Part shown: piece by piece, positions 10,709 through 22,809 of the stretch
Layout: every line of letters starts with the position of its first letter
Numbering within the stretch: position 1 is the first letter of the stretch
NCBI RefSeq assembly: GCF_001194135.2
Contig: NC_068982.1
Span: forward strand, 136,982,676-137,035,939
From: Octopus bimaculoides
Lineage: Eukaryota
Reading direction: 5' to 3'
DNA length: 53,264 bases
The notes under the pieces: generated by a model
Databases searched by the model: none
The model's input: only the letters and a program-made list of their open reading frames with translations
What the model was told of the DNA's origin: nothing
Program-made: the position numbers and the translations under genes

Positions 10709-11052
10709 TTAAAGGGTAAAGACCCCCTTCAGTCATGAATGACCATAGGATGCACTTAGAAAGTTATACTCCGAGGCACAAGTCTGAACAAGGTTGTTTA
10801 TGGAAGACTAGCAGTCACCCATGCATAGCAACCTCGTCTCTCCATGTCAACAATGTTATCCAAGGGAAAGGTGAAGGCTGATACAGCTTGGCACAAGTGA
10901 TGTCGCAAATCATTTTTACAGCTGAGTGAACTAGAGCAACATGAAATAGTGTCTTGCCTAAGAACACAACACACAACGTAGTCCAGGAATCAAACTCAGT
11001 ACTTCATGATTGTGAGCTCAGTGCTCTAACCACTGAGCCATACCCCTTCACA
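10709..11052 (-). mobile_element. SINE family D
   Basis: Full-length homolog of 7859-8200. Confidence 0.85.
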
Positions 11053-11090
11053 TATCTAATATGGCCATGTGTATATTATACTATCAAATA

Positions 11091-11320
11091 TTAAGGCGGT
11101 GAACTGGCAGAAATGCTAGCATGCCGGGCGAAATGCTTAGTGGTATTTCATCTGCCACTACGTTCTGAGTTCAAATTCCGCCGAGCTCAACTTAGCCTTT
11201 CATCCTTTCAGGGTCGATAAATTAGGTACCAGTTGCATACTGGGGTCGATCTAATCGACTGTCCCCCACCACCATCTCCAAAAATGTCGGGCCTTGTGCC
11301 TATAATAGAAAAGATTATAT
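11091..11320 (+). mobile_element. SINE family C, near full length
   Basis: taaggcggtgaactggcagaa...gttcaaattccgccgag...ttcatcctttcagggtcgataaattaggtaccag...gggccttgtgcc. Confidence 0.85.
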
Positions 11321-11469
11321 TATCATATATGGTACGTAGAATACTGCCATTTAAAATCTATACTTCTACATTTAAGTGTTTTGTTTCAACATTCAAAGTT
11401 CAAAGGATGGCAAACTTGCAGAACCATTACTACTCTGGGCAAAATGCTTTGCAGCATTTTGTCCTCATT

Positions 11470-11775
11470 TATGTTCTGAGTTCAAATTCTGCTGAAGTCA
11501 ACTTTGTCTTTCATCCTTTTGCAATCAATAAAATAAGCACCAGTTGAGCATCGGGTCAATGTAATCAGCTCATCTCCTCCCCCAGAATTACTGGCCTTGT
11601 GCCAAAACGTGTAAGCAATATCCAAGGTGTCGACATGGCTATGTGGTAAAAACATTTGCTTCACAATCATAAGGTTTCGTGTTCATTCCTACTGCTTGGC
11701 ACCTTGGGCAAGTGATTTCAACTTTAACATTGGGTTGACCAAAGCCTTGTGAGAGGAGACTGAAAGAAGCTTGTT
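11470..11775 (+). mobile_element. Adjacent partial SINEs (family C 11470-11612, family A head 11625-11775)
   Basis: Diverged matches to both family cores. Confidence 0.7.
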
Positions 11776-11941
11776 ATATAAATGGAGGCAAGACTCATAT
11801 TTCTTAGTATTCCTATCTATTGTGGAGGCATTTAGCTTCTCATATAAATCCATAGAGCAGTGGTTAAGTTTCTAAGGGAGCAACAACTTCTTCCTGTGAG
11901 GTAAACTTGATAACTGTCGTATGTGATGGCACACACGCATA

Positions 11942-12145
11942 TTCTTTTCTACTCTAAGTACAAAGCTCGAAATTTTGGAAGAGAGGGCCAGTCAATTAGA
12001 TCAACCCCAGTACACTACTGGTACTTAATTTATCGACCCTGAAAGGATGAAATACAAAGTCACCCTCGGCAGAATTTGAACTCAGAACATAAAGACAGAC
12101 GAAATATCACTAAGCATTTTACACGGCATGCTAACGTTTTTGCCA
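11942..12145 (-). mobile_element. SINE family C
   Basis: Reverse-complement match to 11091-11320. Confidence 0.8.
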
Positions 12146-12279
12146 CCTTATGGAACACAAGCATATTACACATGCTCCACTCACAGCAGTGCATATTCAG
12201 GAAAAATGATTTCATTGCATTAAAGCATGTAATACTGGTTTCAATTTTTTGGCACAAGACCAGCAATTTTCAAAGGCCC

Positions 12280-12689
12280 GTGCCAGTGGAGCGCTAACAG
12301 CAACATCCGAGCGGGGTCACTGCCAGAGCAACGGTCTCACTCCCATGCCAGTGGCATGTAAAAAAACACCATTTGAGCGCAATCGTTTCTAGCTTCGCCT
12401 TACTGGCACTCGTGCTGGTAGCATGTGAACAAAACATTGGACTGACTCCTGTGCAGGTGGCGTGTAAAAAGACACCATTTGAGCGTGGCTATTGCCAGTA
12501 CCGCTGGACTGGCCCTCGTGCTGGTGGTACATAATAAGCACCCACTACAATCTCGGAGTGGCTGGCATTAGTAAGGGCATCCAGCTGTAGAAACACTGCC
12601 AGCTAAGATTGGAGCCTGGTGCGGCCATCTGGTTCACCAATCCCCAGTCAAATTGTCCAACCCATGCTAGCATGGAAAGCGGACGTTAA

Positions 12690-12720
<31 letters not shown>
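12280..12720 (+). mobile_element. RTE-related 3'-end repeat (family B) with ~5 internal tandem units and a (GAT)n tail
   Basis: Repeated gccagtggcatgtaaaaa..cacc units, then the conserved cactacaatctcggagtgg...ggaaagcggacgttaaa(tga)n. Confidence 0.9.
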
Positions 12721-12721
<1 letters not shown>

Positions 12722-12886
12722 GGGGAAGTCAATTACATTAACACTAGTGTTCAACTGGTGCTTATTTTATCAACTCCACCAAAAATAAAGTTGACCTCGG
12801 CAGAAATTGAACTCTGAACTTCAAGATAGATAAAATGCCACTAAGTATTTTGCCCAGCATGCTAACAATTGTGCTGGATCACCGCT
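12722..12886 (-). mobile_element. SINE family C, diverged
   Basis: Core gttgacctcggcagaa..gaactc on the plus strand. Confidence 0.7.
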
Positions 12887-12977
12887 TTATTAAAGCATTT
12901 AATATTTAAAGCAATCTAGTGCACGTAACAAAAATATTTTAGCTATAGCAGAAACTATTACTGTATATGAAATGCTC

Positions 12978-13090
12978 CAGTGTATTGGTAGAAGAGACCA
13001 TGTGGATTAAAATATTACAGTGTATTGGTAGAAGAGACCATGTGGATTAAAATATTACAGTAGAAGAGAATGCGGATTAAGATATTACAG
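12978..13090. repeat. 40-bp tandem duplication plus a degenerate third unit
   Basis: 12981-13020 is identical to 13021-13060; 13061-13090 is a partial copy. Confidence 0.95.
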
Positions 13091-13232
13091 TGGTTGGCAT
13101 TAGGAAGGGCATTCAGCTGTAGAAACATTGTCAGATCAGATTGGAGCCTGGTGCAGCCTCCTAGCTTGCTAGTCCCCAGTCAAACCGTCCAACATGGAAA
13201 AGGGACGTTAAATGATGATGATGATGATGATG
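13091..13232 (+). mobile_element. Truncated family B repeat
   Basis: tggttggcattaggaagggc...gacgttaaa(tga)n. Confidence 0.85.
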
Positions 13233-13570
13233 ATAGGGGGTTCCAAAATGGGTCTTGAAGAGCAGCATCCCTGCCTTCCTGAGCTAGTTTGCCACCATAT
13301 TTCTTAAAAATCATGGTAGAGGCATTGGTCTTGGAACCACTCATGTCTAGAAACTCAAGTTGGGGGTAAGCAAGCAAGGGCATGCTCCCCGTAGAAAATC
13401 CAGCTCCAAAAAAGCCTCATGATAGCAAAGGAGAATGGACACCAGTCAGCCCAAAGGTTGGGGTGGGCTGCACCTACCTACCTCAGTTGCTATGGCATTG
13501 AGGTAGATCTGGCTACCCCAGTTAACAGGGACAAAACCCGGATTTAAAACACTGGATGATGATGATGACA
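13233..13570 (+). mobile_element. Unclassified (GAT)n-tailed element (family G), copy 1
   Basis: Aligns over ~320 bp with 30745-31080; both end gggacaaaacc..atttaaaacactg(gat)n. Confidence 0.8.
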
Positions 13571-13666
13571 AGGATTTTGCCAACCCACCATTCTAAGATG
13601 GTGTAATATTAAAAAATATTATGCTCCTTTGGATCATTAAAGTTAATCATTCATTGATGCCAACCA

Positions 13667-13748
13667 TGTGATTGATATAAATTTGTGTGATTGATATAAA
13701 TTTGTGTGATTGATATAAATTTGTGTGATTGATATAAATTTGTGTGTG
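13667..13748. repeat. Perfect 19-bp minisatellite x4 (attgatataaatttgtgtg)
   Basis: Read directly from the sequence. Confidence 0.98.
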
Positions 13749-14108
13749 ACAGCAGAGTCTATATAGAGGTGTTACAGAGTAGTTAAAGATGAAGAATGAA
13801 GAAATAGACCCTGAAAAAACTTCAAAGGAATGAGTTGTGTGTGATGTTAGGAATGAGAAGTGTGAAGAAAAAAAAGTGTAGGCTTGCAAAAGACGACTGG
13901 ATAGAAGAGAGAGAGGGTGAGCAAGAGAGAGAGAGAGAGGGTGGAGAAAGAGAGAAAGAGAAAGTATGTTGTCAGGTAGAGGTGAGAAGAGAGAAATGTT
14001 TATGTACATCATGCAACAGAAATTGAGTATAAGAAATCTGATGAGACGTGCTGCAGCAAAAAGAATAAGACTTCTTAGGAATTTATCTTAGAACATTGGC
14101 TTTCACAC

Positions 14109-14149
<41 letters not shown>

Positions 14150-14165
14150 GTGGTGATGGTGATGG

Positions 14166-14224
<59 letters not shown>

Positions 14225-14551
14225 TAGACTAATAGAATTATGCTGTTGCAGAGAGACACTTTCGGTTAATTCTGCTTTAGAAAAATGTATGCTAAGCTGC
14301 TGATTCTGTAGCTGACATCGTTGGTGGTAACAATGATGATGATGATGATGACGACGACGACGATGAATGACGACGATGACGACAGCGAAGAGAATAGTAA
14401 AGAGGTGGTTTCCATGAAATGAAAGATTTCGTTGGATAAGCCTTCGCAAATTGGATTAATTTATAAATGAAGAAATTGCAAGTAATCCAAAACGATTATG
14501 AAGAGCTTAAAAAATTATATTCTTCATGGGTTGTTGCATATGTGTGTGTGC

Positions 14552-14587
<36 letters not shown>

Positions 14588-15216
14588 GTGTGTGTGTGTG
14601 TGTGTGTGTGTGCGTATACATATCTATGAATGTGTTTGTGTGTGTGTGTGTGTGGTTTGATATGTATATTTATCTGCATGAATGTGTAATAGGATTAAAA
14701 ACTTGAACAGACTTAAGCTATTTTCTAATAATCACTAACTCTTAGAAATCGCAACGACATGCGTTGGAAAAGGTAGAATAAAACAATAAACCTAATGTAT
14801 TTTAGAGAGAACACTAAAAGAGAGAGAGAGATAGGGAGAGAGCAATATAGAGAGAGATAGGGAGAGAGCAATAGAGAGAGAGAGAGAGAGATGAAGAAGT
14901 GAAGGCAACTACAACTAACAATATATAAGAGAGAGAGAGAGATAATGGAAAAGCAAATTTTATAACAGATAGAAGACAGTAATGAAAGTTCAGCTCTTAT
15001 ACTATAATGTATAATAATGGAGAGATACAACAGATGTCATTTTAACTAAGGTTTGACAAAATAGCTTCAACAGCAATTATTTCTTGTGATTGTTACAAGA
15101 TGCTAATTAGCAATTCTGCTTTCATAAAACTGCATTAAAACTAAATAAGCCATTGTGAATTATAACGCATTGAAGGCACATTCACGTAGTCACTGGATCT
15201 GCTATAAGGAGCAGAG

Positions 15217-16252
15217 GAGGTGCAATGGCCCAGTGGTTAGGGCAGCGGACTCCCGGTCGTGAGATCGTGGTTTCAATTCCCAGACCGGGCATTGTGAACG
15301 TTTATTGAGTGAAAACACCTAAAGCTCTATGAGGCTCCAGCAGGGGCTGGTGGCAAACCTTGCTGTACTCTTTCGGCACAGCTTTCTCTCACTCTTTCTT
15401 TCCGTTTCTCTTGTACAGGGTCCGCCATAAGTAACTATATATTTTCTTTTGCTTGTCAATTTTTCTATTTCATATGTCATTTGAAAGCTGAAATCTTATA
15501 TTTTTAGTTCTTTTTTCCCCCTATTTCAGATATACTGTTATATCGATTATGTCCACCCGATTAACAAAAGAGCAAAAGATTGCGGTTTTGAAATGGCTAT
15601 GCTACAGAAGCTGCTTTTGCCGTTATTACAACAGCAGGATGAATCAGAGGGCCTGTACTTTCAGCAGGACGGGGCACCGGCCCATTATGCTATGCTTGTG
15701 CGAGACTGGCTGGACGCCAACCTGCCCTGTCGAGGACCGCTTGAGTGACCATCTCGTTCACTGGATTTGACCCCAACCAACTTTTTCCTGTGGGGTGTTC
15801 TCAAAGAGAAAGTCTACTCAACAAAGCCCTGCAACATTGTTGAACTTAAGGAACAAATTCGAGCTGCCAGATAACTTTGTGCAGAACCACTTCAAAACCG
15901 CAATCTTTTGATCTTTTATTAATCGGGTGGACATAATCAATATAACAGTATATCTGAAATAGGGGGAAAAAGAAAGAAATAAAAATATAAGATTTCAGCT
16001 TTCAAGTGAAATATGAAATAGAGAAATTGAATAAGTATCAACAAAGTTACAAGCAAAAGAAAATATATAGTTTCTTCTGGCGGACCCTGTATTTCAAAGG
16101 GCTAGCCTTGTCACACTCTGTGTCACGGTGAATTTCCCCAAGAACTACATTAAGGGTGCACGTGTCTGTGCCACTTACACATTAATTTCATGGGCAGGCT
16201 GCTCCATTGATCAGATCAACTGGAACCCTCGTCGTTGTAACCAACGGAGTAC
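15217..16252 (+). mobile_element. SINE family E split by a Tc1/mariner insertion
   Basis: 15217-15415 and 16090-16252 join into a copy colinear with 3576-3925. Confidence 0.85.
15416..16089 (+). mobile_element. Internally deleted Tc1/mariner-superfamily transposon with long TIRs, probably rosa/DD41D-like
   Basis: TA|cagggtccgcca...tggcggaccctg|TA, with TIRs at 15416-15596 and 15887-16089. It encodes MSTRLTKEQKIAVLKW fused out of frame to LYFQQDGAPAHYAMLVRDWLDANLPCRGPLE*PSRSLDLTPTNFFLWGVLKEKVY..ELKEQIRAA. Confidence 0.92.
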
Positions 16253-17250
16253 CAAGATATAAGTAGCAAGAGAATTCTTTACCCCTAATCAAACCTATAT
16301 CTTTTTTAATGAAACTGCATGTTTGATAATTTAGTCTTAGGTATATACTAACTGCCAAAATGTTGTATAGTAGCCTGTTATATATATATAATATTTTCTC
16401 TTGAATTTCTCTTTCTATATCTGTTCAAGATTCCTTCCAGGCATTACCCATCACTCACGTCTGTTTGGCCGAAAGGCCATATTTACTCCATCTTTGTCTA
16501 TCATTTTAAATTACATTTGTTTACTTTTGTACATCCACTCTGTTTCGTTTTGTTTGCTCGAGCCCTTATTCTCCTCAAATTTTGCTGGTGCCACCAATAT
16601 GGAAAGCTCTCAGTCTTATCATTAAGGGCATGAAACTGAACATTAATATTTCAATTGATAACTGATGAAGAATTAGGGTCCTTCTGTGTCTGTCCTACAT
16701 GTACGTTTTTTAGTATTTAATGCATTTTTCATTTATATATATATATATATATATATNNNNNNNNNNNNNNNNNNNNNNNNNNNNNNNNNNNNNNNNNNNN
16801 NNNNNNNNNNNNNNNNNNNNNNNNNNNNNNNNNNNNNNNNNNNNNNNNNNNNNNNNNNNNNNNNNNNNNNNNNNNNNNNNNNNNNNNNNNNNNNNNNNNN
16901 NNNNNNNNNNNNNNNNNNNNNNNNNNNNNNNNNNNNNNNNNNNNNNNNNNNNNNNNNNNNNNNNNNNNNNNNNNNNNNNNNNNNNNNNNNNNNNNNNNNN
17001 NNNNNNNNNNNNNNNNNNNNNNNNNNNNNNNNNNNNNNNNNNNNNNNNNNNNNNNNNNNNNNNNNNNNNNNNNNNNNNNNNNNNNNNNNNNNNNNNNNNN
17101 NNNNNNNNNNNNNNNNNNNNNNNNNNNNNNNNNNNNNNNNNNNNNNNNNNNNNNNNNNNNNNNNNNNNNNNNNNNNNNNNNNNNNNNNNNNNNNNNNNNN
17201 NNNNNNNNNNNNNNNNNNNNNNNNNNNNNNNNNNNNNNNNNNNNNNNNNN

Positions 17251-17281
<31 letters not shown>

Positions 17282-17596
17282 AATGAAAGATGGATGATGG
17301 AAGATATGAGAATTTATTATTAATCACGACAATTATTTCAACACATCTGGCATTGATCCCTCATTGGTGGGACACTCAACAACTGGTTCAGGAGCATCTG
17401 GTGATGCAGATGTATCTCATCAGGTGATAAATAAATACAACTTGTTAAAATGACTGTTCTGCAATGTAACTTTCCGTTTTGCAGAAGGAAAAGCAGCCAG
17501 ATGGAGGAAATATTTTCATTTATATAGAAGATCAAAAATAAAATCACAGATGGCAAAAAGAGAAACAAACAAGCAATCCAGCGAGAAAAGTATGTA

Positions 17597-17722
17597 TGAG
17601 GTGTGTTCAAAACATATTCAACTTTATTTTTAAATACCAAAACTAATGGCCCATGGGTAAAATCCTATAGGTGGGAGGTGACACCACCCTTCCTGCACAT
17701 GTGTGAAAATTTTCATGCCAGT
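17597..17722 (+). mobile_element. Possible mariner-like terminal fragment
   Basis: TA followed by tgaggtgtgttcaaaa resembles mariner TIR starts; no partner TIR found. Confidence 0.3.
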
Positions 17723-18871
17723 AGCATCGGAGCATAAAGCCAGCAGAAATGCCACAAAACATTTTGTCTTCTGTTCTAACAATTCTTACCATTCTAGCAA
17801 TGTTCCACAGTGAGGAACATAATTGGATTTTTCAAAAACTATAAGAACTTTCATTGGGAAACATGGTTGCAGAGTGAATGATAAACTCTGGTAAAGCAGC
17901 TTCAATCCCAAATGGAATTGAAATCGCCTTATTTACCCCGCTTCTATTCTTAAGAAATTTATAAATGTTTTACAAACTTATATCCTCCTACTGTAAACTT
18001 GTGTCCAAATATTTTTTTTAAAAAGTCAATGTGAAGCCATGAATGTCTTTATAGATTAACACATATTAAAAATTTGAACATGACAGATATCAACATTATT
18101 TTAATGATTTTCTATAATGAAAGGACTTGGAGAAAAGCTCTACCTTAAGAGGGCAAAGAAATATGAACCAGCTACTAGGTAACAATGAAAAAAAGTAGCA
18201 AAAGCAAAACGTTGAAGATTTTATTTTATGCCAAAATCTATTGCAAGATTAAAGATTCTCATTAATGCAGTATGGTTACAGAAGAATCATATTTGATATT
18301 TTGAGAGTTTGTATAAATTTTCCATAAAATTGAACGCAAAAGTAATTAAATTGCGCAACAACAAATTAAAAAAGGCCGTGATGTTGACAAACACTTGATC
18401 ATATGTAGATTTCAGAACATGGGTCCTAAAGAAACCCAGGTAAAAGCAATGATGATGATTATAAAAACAGAAAAGGAGAATGTAGTGGAGGGGGGTGAAA
18501 TAGTGTTTGTGAATCATAAATTTGCACAAAGGAATATTTTCAAATAAACAATGATTTAAATTCTAAAATCAAATTAAGATCCAAATTATGTTTATTTGCT
18601 CAAATACTGTATGATTTAAAATCTTCATCCTTCATCTAAATGGTAATTATTACAAAATTGCAAGCACACTCAACAATAACAATTTTTTTCCTTGATTATA
18701 ATGAGGTAATCAATCATTACCTCATTCATCTTACACAGGTGTGTTATTCAGAGCTGGATGGATGGATGGTAGAATGTTTTTCTAATTTTCTCTTGTCATC
18801 AGTAATATCTATTAATAAACTCAGCTTGTGAAGAGTGTTGGGGCAAGTGAGATCAAAACTGAACCAAATTC

Positions 18872-19312
18872 GATGACTAGCACCTGTGCCAGTGGACTGC
18901 TAACAGCACCATCCAAGCGGGATCACTACTAGAGCAGCAGTCTCACTTCTGTGGTGGTGGCATGTAAAATGCACCATTTGAGCGTGATCGTTTCCAGCTT
19001 CGCCTTACTGGCACTTGTGCCAGTGGCATGTGAACAAAACATTGGACTGATTCCTGTGCAGGTAACACGTAAAAAACACCATTTGAGTGTGGCCGTTGCC
19101 AGTACCGCCGGACTGGTCCTCGTGCCGATGGCACGTAAAAAGCACCCACTACGCTCTCGGAGTGGTTGGCATTGGGAAGGGCATCCAGCTGTAGAAACAC
19201 TGCCAAATCAGACTGGAGCCTGGTGCAGCCATCTGGTTCACCAGTCCTCAGTCAAATTGTCCAACCCATGCTAGCATGGAAAGCGGACGTTAAACGATGA
19301 TGATGATGATGA
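18872..19312 (+). mobile_element. Family B repeat with internal tandem units
   Basis: Colinear with 12280-12720. Confidence 0.9.
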
Positions 19313-19315
19313 CGG

Positions 19316-19475
19316 CAGGCTTCTTTTAGTTTCTGTCTACCAAATCCACTCACAAGGCTTTGGTCGAATCTAGGCTATAGTAGAAGACATTTGCCCAGTG
19401 TGCCACGCAGTTGCTCTGAACCCGGAACCATGTGGTTGGTAGGCAAGCTACTTACCACATAGCCACTCCTGCACA
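19316..19475 (-). mobile_element. SINE family A head
   Basis: Reverse complement of the 5886-6050 unit. Confidence 0.85.
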
Positions 19476-19530
19476 CATACAACTTTTGGCAGACATTTTG
19501 TTAACATTAGACATGATGCCACTGCCTTAA

Positions 19531-19949
19531 CCCTTTAGCAATCAGGTTACTCCATTAAAAGTAGTGTTTATTTATTCACATTGTTTTGAATTAATTGTGG
19601 ATTATACTGAAACTCAGAGATTTTGATGATGTGACAGTATGTTTTTAGAATGACATTGTGAGGTAGGTTTGAGAGGCCAGATCTTAATAGTTTGGACATT
19701 AAGCAGGTAAAATATCTGGGCCAGATATAGTCAGACTTTTGTTACCGTATTTATTTTGAGATGCTCTTTGTTTCTTTCAATTAATTTTAAATGTAACAAA
19801 GAATTTAGTAAAATAACTTAATTATCATTAAGCTAGTGTTAGGAACATAAATTGTGACTAAGGTCTGGTGGAAGATTTTAATTCAGAACTTATGGAAACA
19901 GGACATTTGTACTACAGAGCTGGTTTCAGCCGGGTTGTTAACAAAAGGG
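19531..19949. mobile_element. Composite TTAA-flanked MITE (piggyBac-type ends)
   Basis: TTAA|ccctttagc...acaaaaggg|TTAA. Bases 19736-19949 match the standalone MITE at 39580-39800; 19531-19735 is unrelated to it. Confidence 0.7.
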
Positions 19950-20599
19950 TTAAATGATATCAAAGCAAAGATATGCAAAGATAAATGCTCTTACACACAC
20001 ACACACACACACACATACTCATACACTCACACACACAAGTTAAATCATTTGAAAGCAGACAAATGCAAAGATAAACACTCACACACACACATACACACAC
20101 ACTCACACACACACATACACACACACACATGCACACACATACACACACACACACATGCACACACACACACACACAGAAGATAAATGATATCAAAGCAAAG
20201 ACCTACAAAGATAAACACTCACACACACACTCACACACATACCCACACATACACAAAGACACATGCTCACACACATACACATAGATACACACACAAACTC
20301 ACACACTCACGCACAGGTATAAAAGATCAAAAGCATAGACAGGACATCACCAGGTATAATAATCAGTTTATAAATACCTGTACGTTTATATAACATATTG
20401 TAGAGAAATGCAAATAGATATGGAATATATCTTCTATCTTTTATATTTCACCTGCTTCAGTCATTTCACTGCGGCCATGCTGGAGCACCAGTTATTACTT
20501 TTAAGCCTGGTACTTACTCGATCAGTCTCTTTGGTGAAACATAAGTTATTGGGACATAAACAAACCATCACCAGTTGTCAAGCGGTGGTGGTGGACATG

Positions 20600-21036
20600 C
20601 TGTGCTAAGGCGACATGCTGTGCCTGAGGAGACCTATTGAGTCAGGTACATCAACATCAAAATCAAAATCAAATGAAAACTGTAGTCGTGATCCCCGTGC
20701 TAGTGGCATGCAAAAAGCACCATCCGGACATGGCCGATGCCAGCACTGCCTTGACTGGCTTCCGTGCCGGTAGCACATAAAAAGCACCAACCAATTGTGG
20801 TTGTTGCCAGCCTCCTCTGGCCCCTGTGCCGGTGGAACGTAAAAAGCACCCAGTACACTCTCGGAGTGGTTGGCGTTAGGAAGGGCATCCAGCTGTAGAA
20901 ACACTGCCAGATCAGACTGGAGCCTGGTGCAGCCTCCTGGCTTCCCAGACCGTAGTCGAACCGTCTGACCCATGCCAGTATGGAAAATGGACGTCAAACG
21001 ATGATGAAGATGATGATGATGATGATGATGATGATA
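20600..21036 (+). mobile_element. Family B repeat including a remnant of the RTE ORF end
   Basis: gacatgctgtgcctgaggagacc resembles the RTE ORF end at ~53172-53200 (aatatgctgtgcgggagaagacc). This links family B to RTE 3' UTRs. Confidence 0.8.
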
Positions 21037-21684
21037 TAAATAGAGAGAGGTGGGTAGAGAGCACAGAGGATCCAAAATTTTCTTTTGGGGTTTCACCCAA
21101 AAGTTTTGAAAAAAATAGTATATATGGTGGGAATCACGATTTGTAACAAATGACCCCTTTTTATGTATTCTAACTTTATTGTAGCAGACCATATGCATAT
21201 AAAGCAGTAGAAATAAACTGTGGTCCCAATTTTTGAGTGTCAGCTTGACTAGAAAGGGTGTTTCCCAGGCATCTAGGGCAACACCCCTGCATCTGCCACT
21301 GGAGAGAGAGAGAGACCAGGAAACCAAGAAGAGTCTAGAATGTGAAAAGTTCATAATGATTCAGGTGTAGATAGGTACATTCCAGGATGGGATAAAAAGG
21401 GAACCCATTATCTTGATATGACTTAGGTAAATAGATCAATGGTGTCATAAGTAAAAAATTTGGAATTGATTAAAAAAGGGTTGTGGAGGTCAGGTGGAAT
21501 ATGTTGAGGTAGATTTTCTACAGTCAGATGCCTTTCCTGTCACCAACCCTCACTTGTTTCCAAGTAAATTCATATTTGCCTATGGTTAGACATGTCTCCA
21601 CAGAATATTGGAAATGAAGAACAACTCTTGTATGGTGGTGACACTCGTTTACAACTATCCCAAGTTGTTGAGACAAAGAGATAC

Positions 21685-21741
<57 letters not shown>

Positions 21742-21742
<1 letters not shown>

Positions 21743-21905
21743 GCCAGGTTTTCTTTCAGTTTCCCTCTATCAAATCCGCTCACAAGGATTTGGTCAACAT
21801 ATGACTTTAGCAGAAGGCACTTCCCCAGGGTGCCACACTGAGAAATCAAACACTAAACCAGAAGGTTGACAAACAAACATATAAACCACACAGCAATGTC
21901 TGTAC
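21742..21905 (-). mobile_element. SINE family A head, diverged
   Basis: Reverse-complement match to family A. Confidence 0.65.
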
Positions 21906-22524
21906 AAACAATATTTCACAGGATTTAAACTTTATAAACATTCCTAATTACTAAAGTTAATTAATAAACTTCATTTTTGATCTTAATTTGATTTCAGAAT
22001 TTAACTCGTTATTTGTTTCTTTGGAGAGAGATTTTCCTTGTAATTTATAATTTACAAACACCGTATAATTATACTTCACTATAATGCTCTCTATTTTCTT
22101 AATTATCAATGTTGTTTATAGTGTGATTTCTTCAAAATCCAATTTACCGTCTTGCATATGTTCAAAAGTTCATCAATATCACAGTTTATTTTAATTTTCT
22201 GTAGCACATTTTAATTATTTCTTTGTTTTCATTTAACATTAAAGAGTTAAAATAATATAATTAAATGGTTATATAATTAGTATATATTAGTATGAAAAGG
22301 ATCTAAACCAACTTTTATTGTGATAGTTTTAAAATGGCATAAAACAGTCATGAAAGCAAATACAAAAAAGAAATATCAGATTCAAGTGAAGAGAAAAAGC
22401 TTTAAAGCGAATTAAAGCAGTGTTTCTCAAAGACTGCGGAACACTAGGATTCCATTAGAAATTTCAGGGATACTGCAAGAAGAGACGTTTTTTTTTAATG
22501 CAATTTGATAAAAAATCTCTTTAT

Positions 22525-22752
22525 TTCTTTATTACCCACAGAGGGCTAAACATAGAGGGGACAAACAAGGACAGACAAAGGGATTAAGTCGATTACATCA
22601 ACTCCAGTGTGTAACTGGTACTTATTTAATCGACCCTGAAAGGATGAAAAGCAAAGTCAACCTCAGCAGAATTTGAGCTCAAAACATAACCGCAGATGAA
22701 ATACTGCTAAGCATTTCATCTGGTGTGCTAATGATTCTGCCAGCTCGCCACC
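22525..22752 (-). mobile_element. SINE family C
   Basis: Core and head on the minus strand. Confidence 0.8.
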
Positions 22753-22809
22753 CTATAAATATTTCTTATAGACATGGGCATAGCTGTGTGGTTAAGAATA
22801 TCTATGCTG

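Noticed and set aside
12280-12545. CRISPR-like periodic motif gcaygtaaaaagcacc with ~40-nt intervals
   Set aside because: The intervals are homologous to each other, the context is a eukaryotic RTE 3' region, and there are no cas genes.
17335-17590. Plus-strand exon-intron-exon look-alike (…CATCAG|gt…ttttgcag|AAGG…AAAA|gtatgt)
   Set aside because: No reading frame stays open across both exons up to the second donor.
22418-22480. cagtgtttctcaaa, resembling a hAT MITE end
   Set aside because: No partner TIR or 8-bp TSD found.
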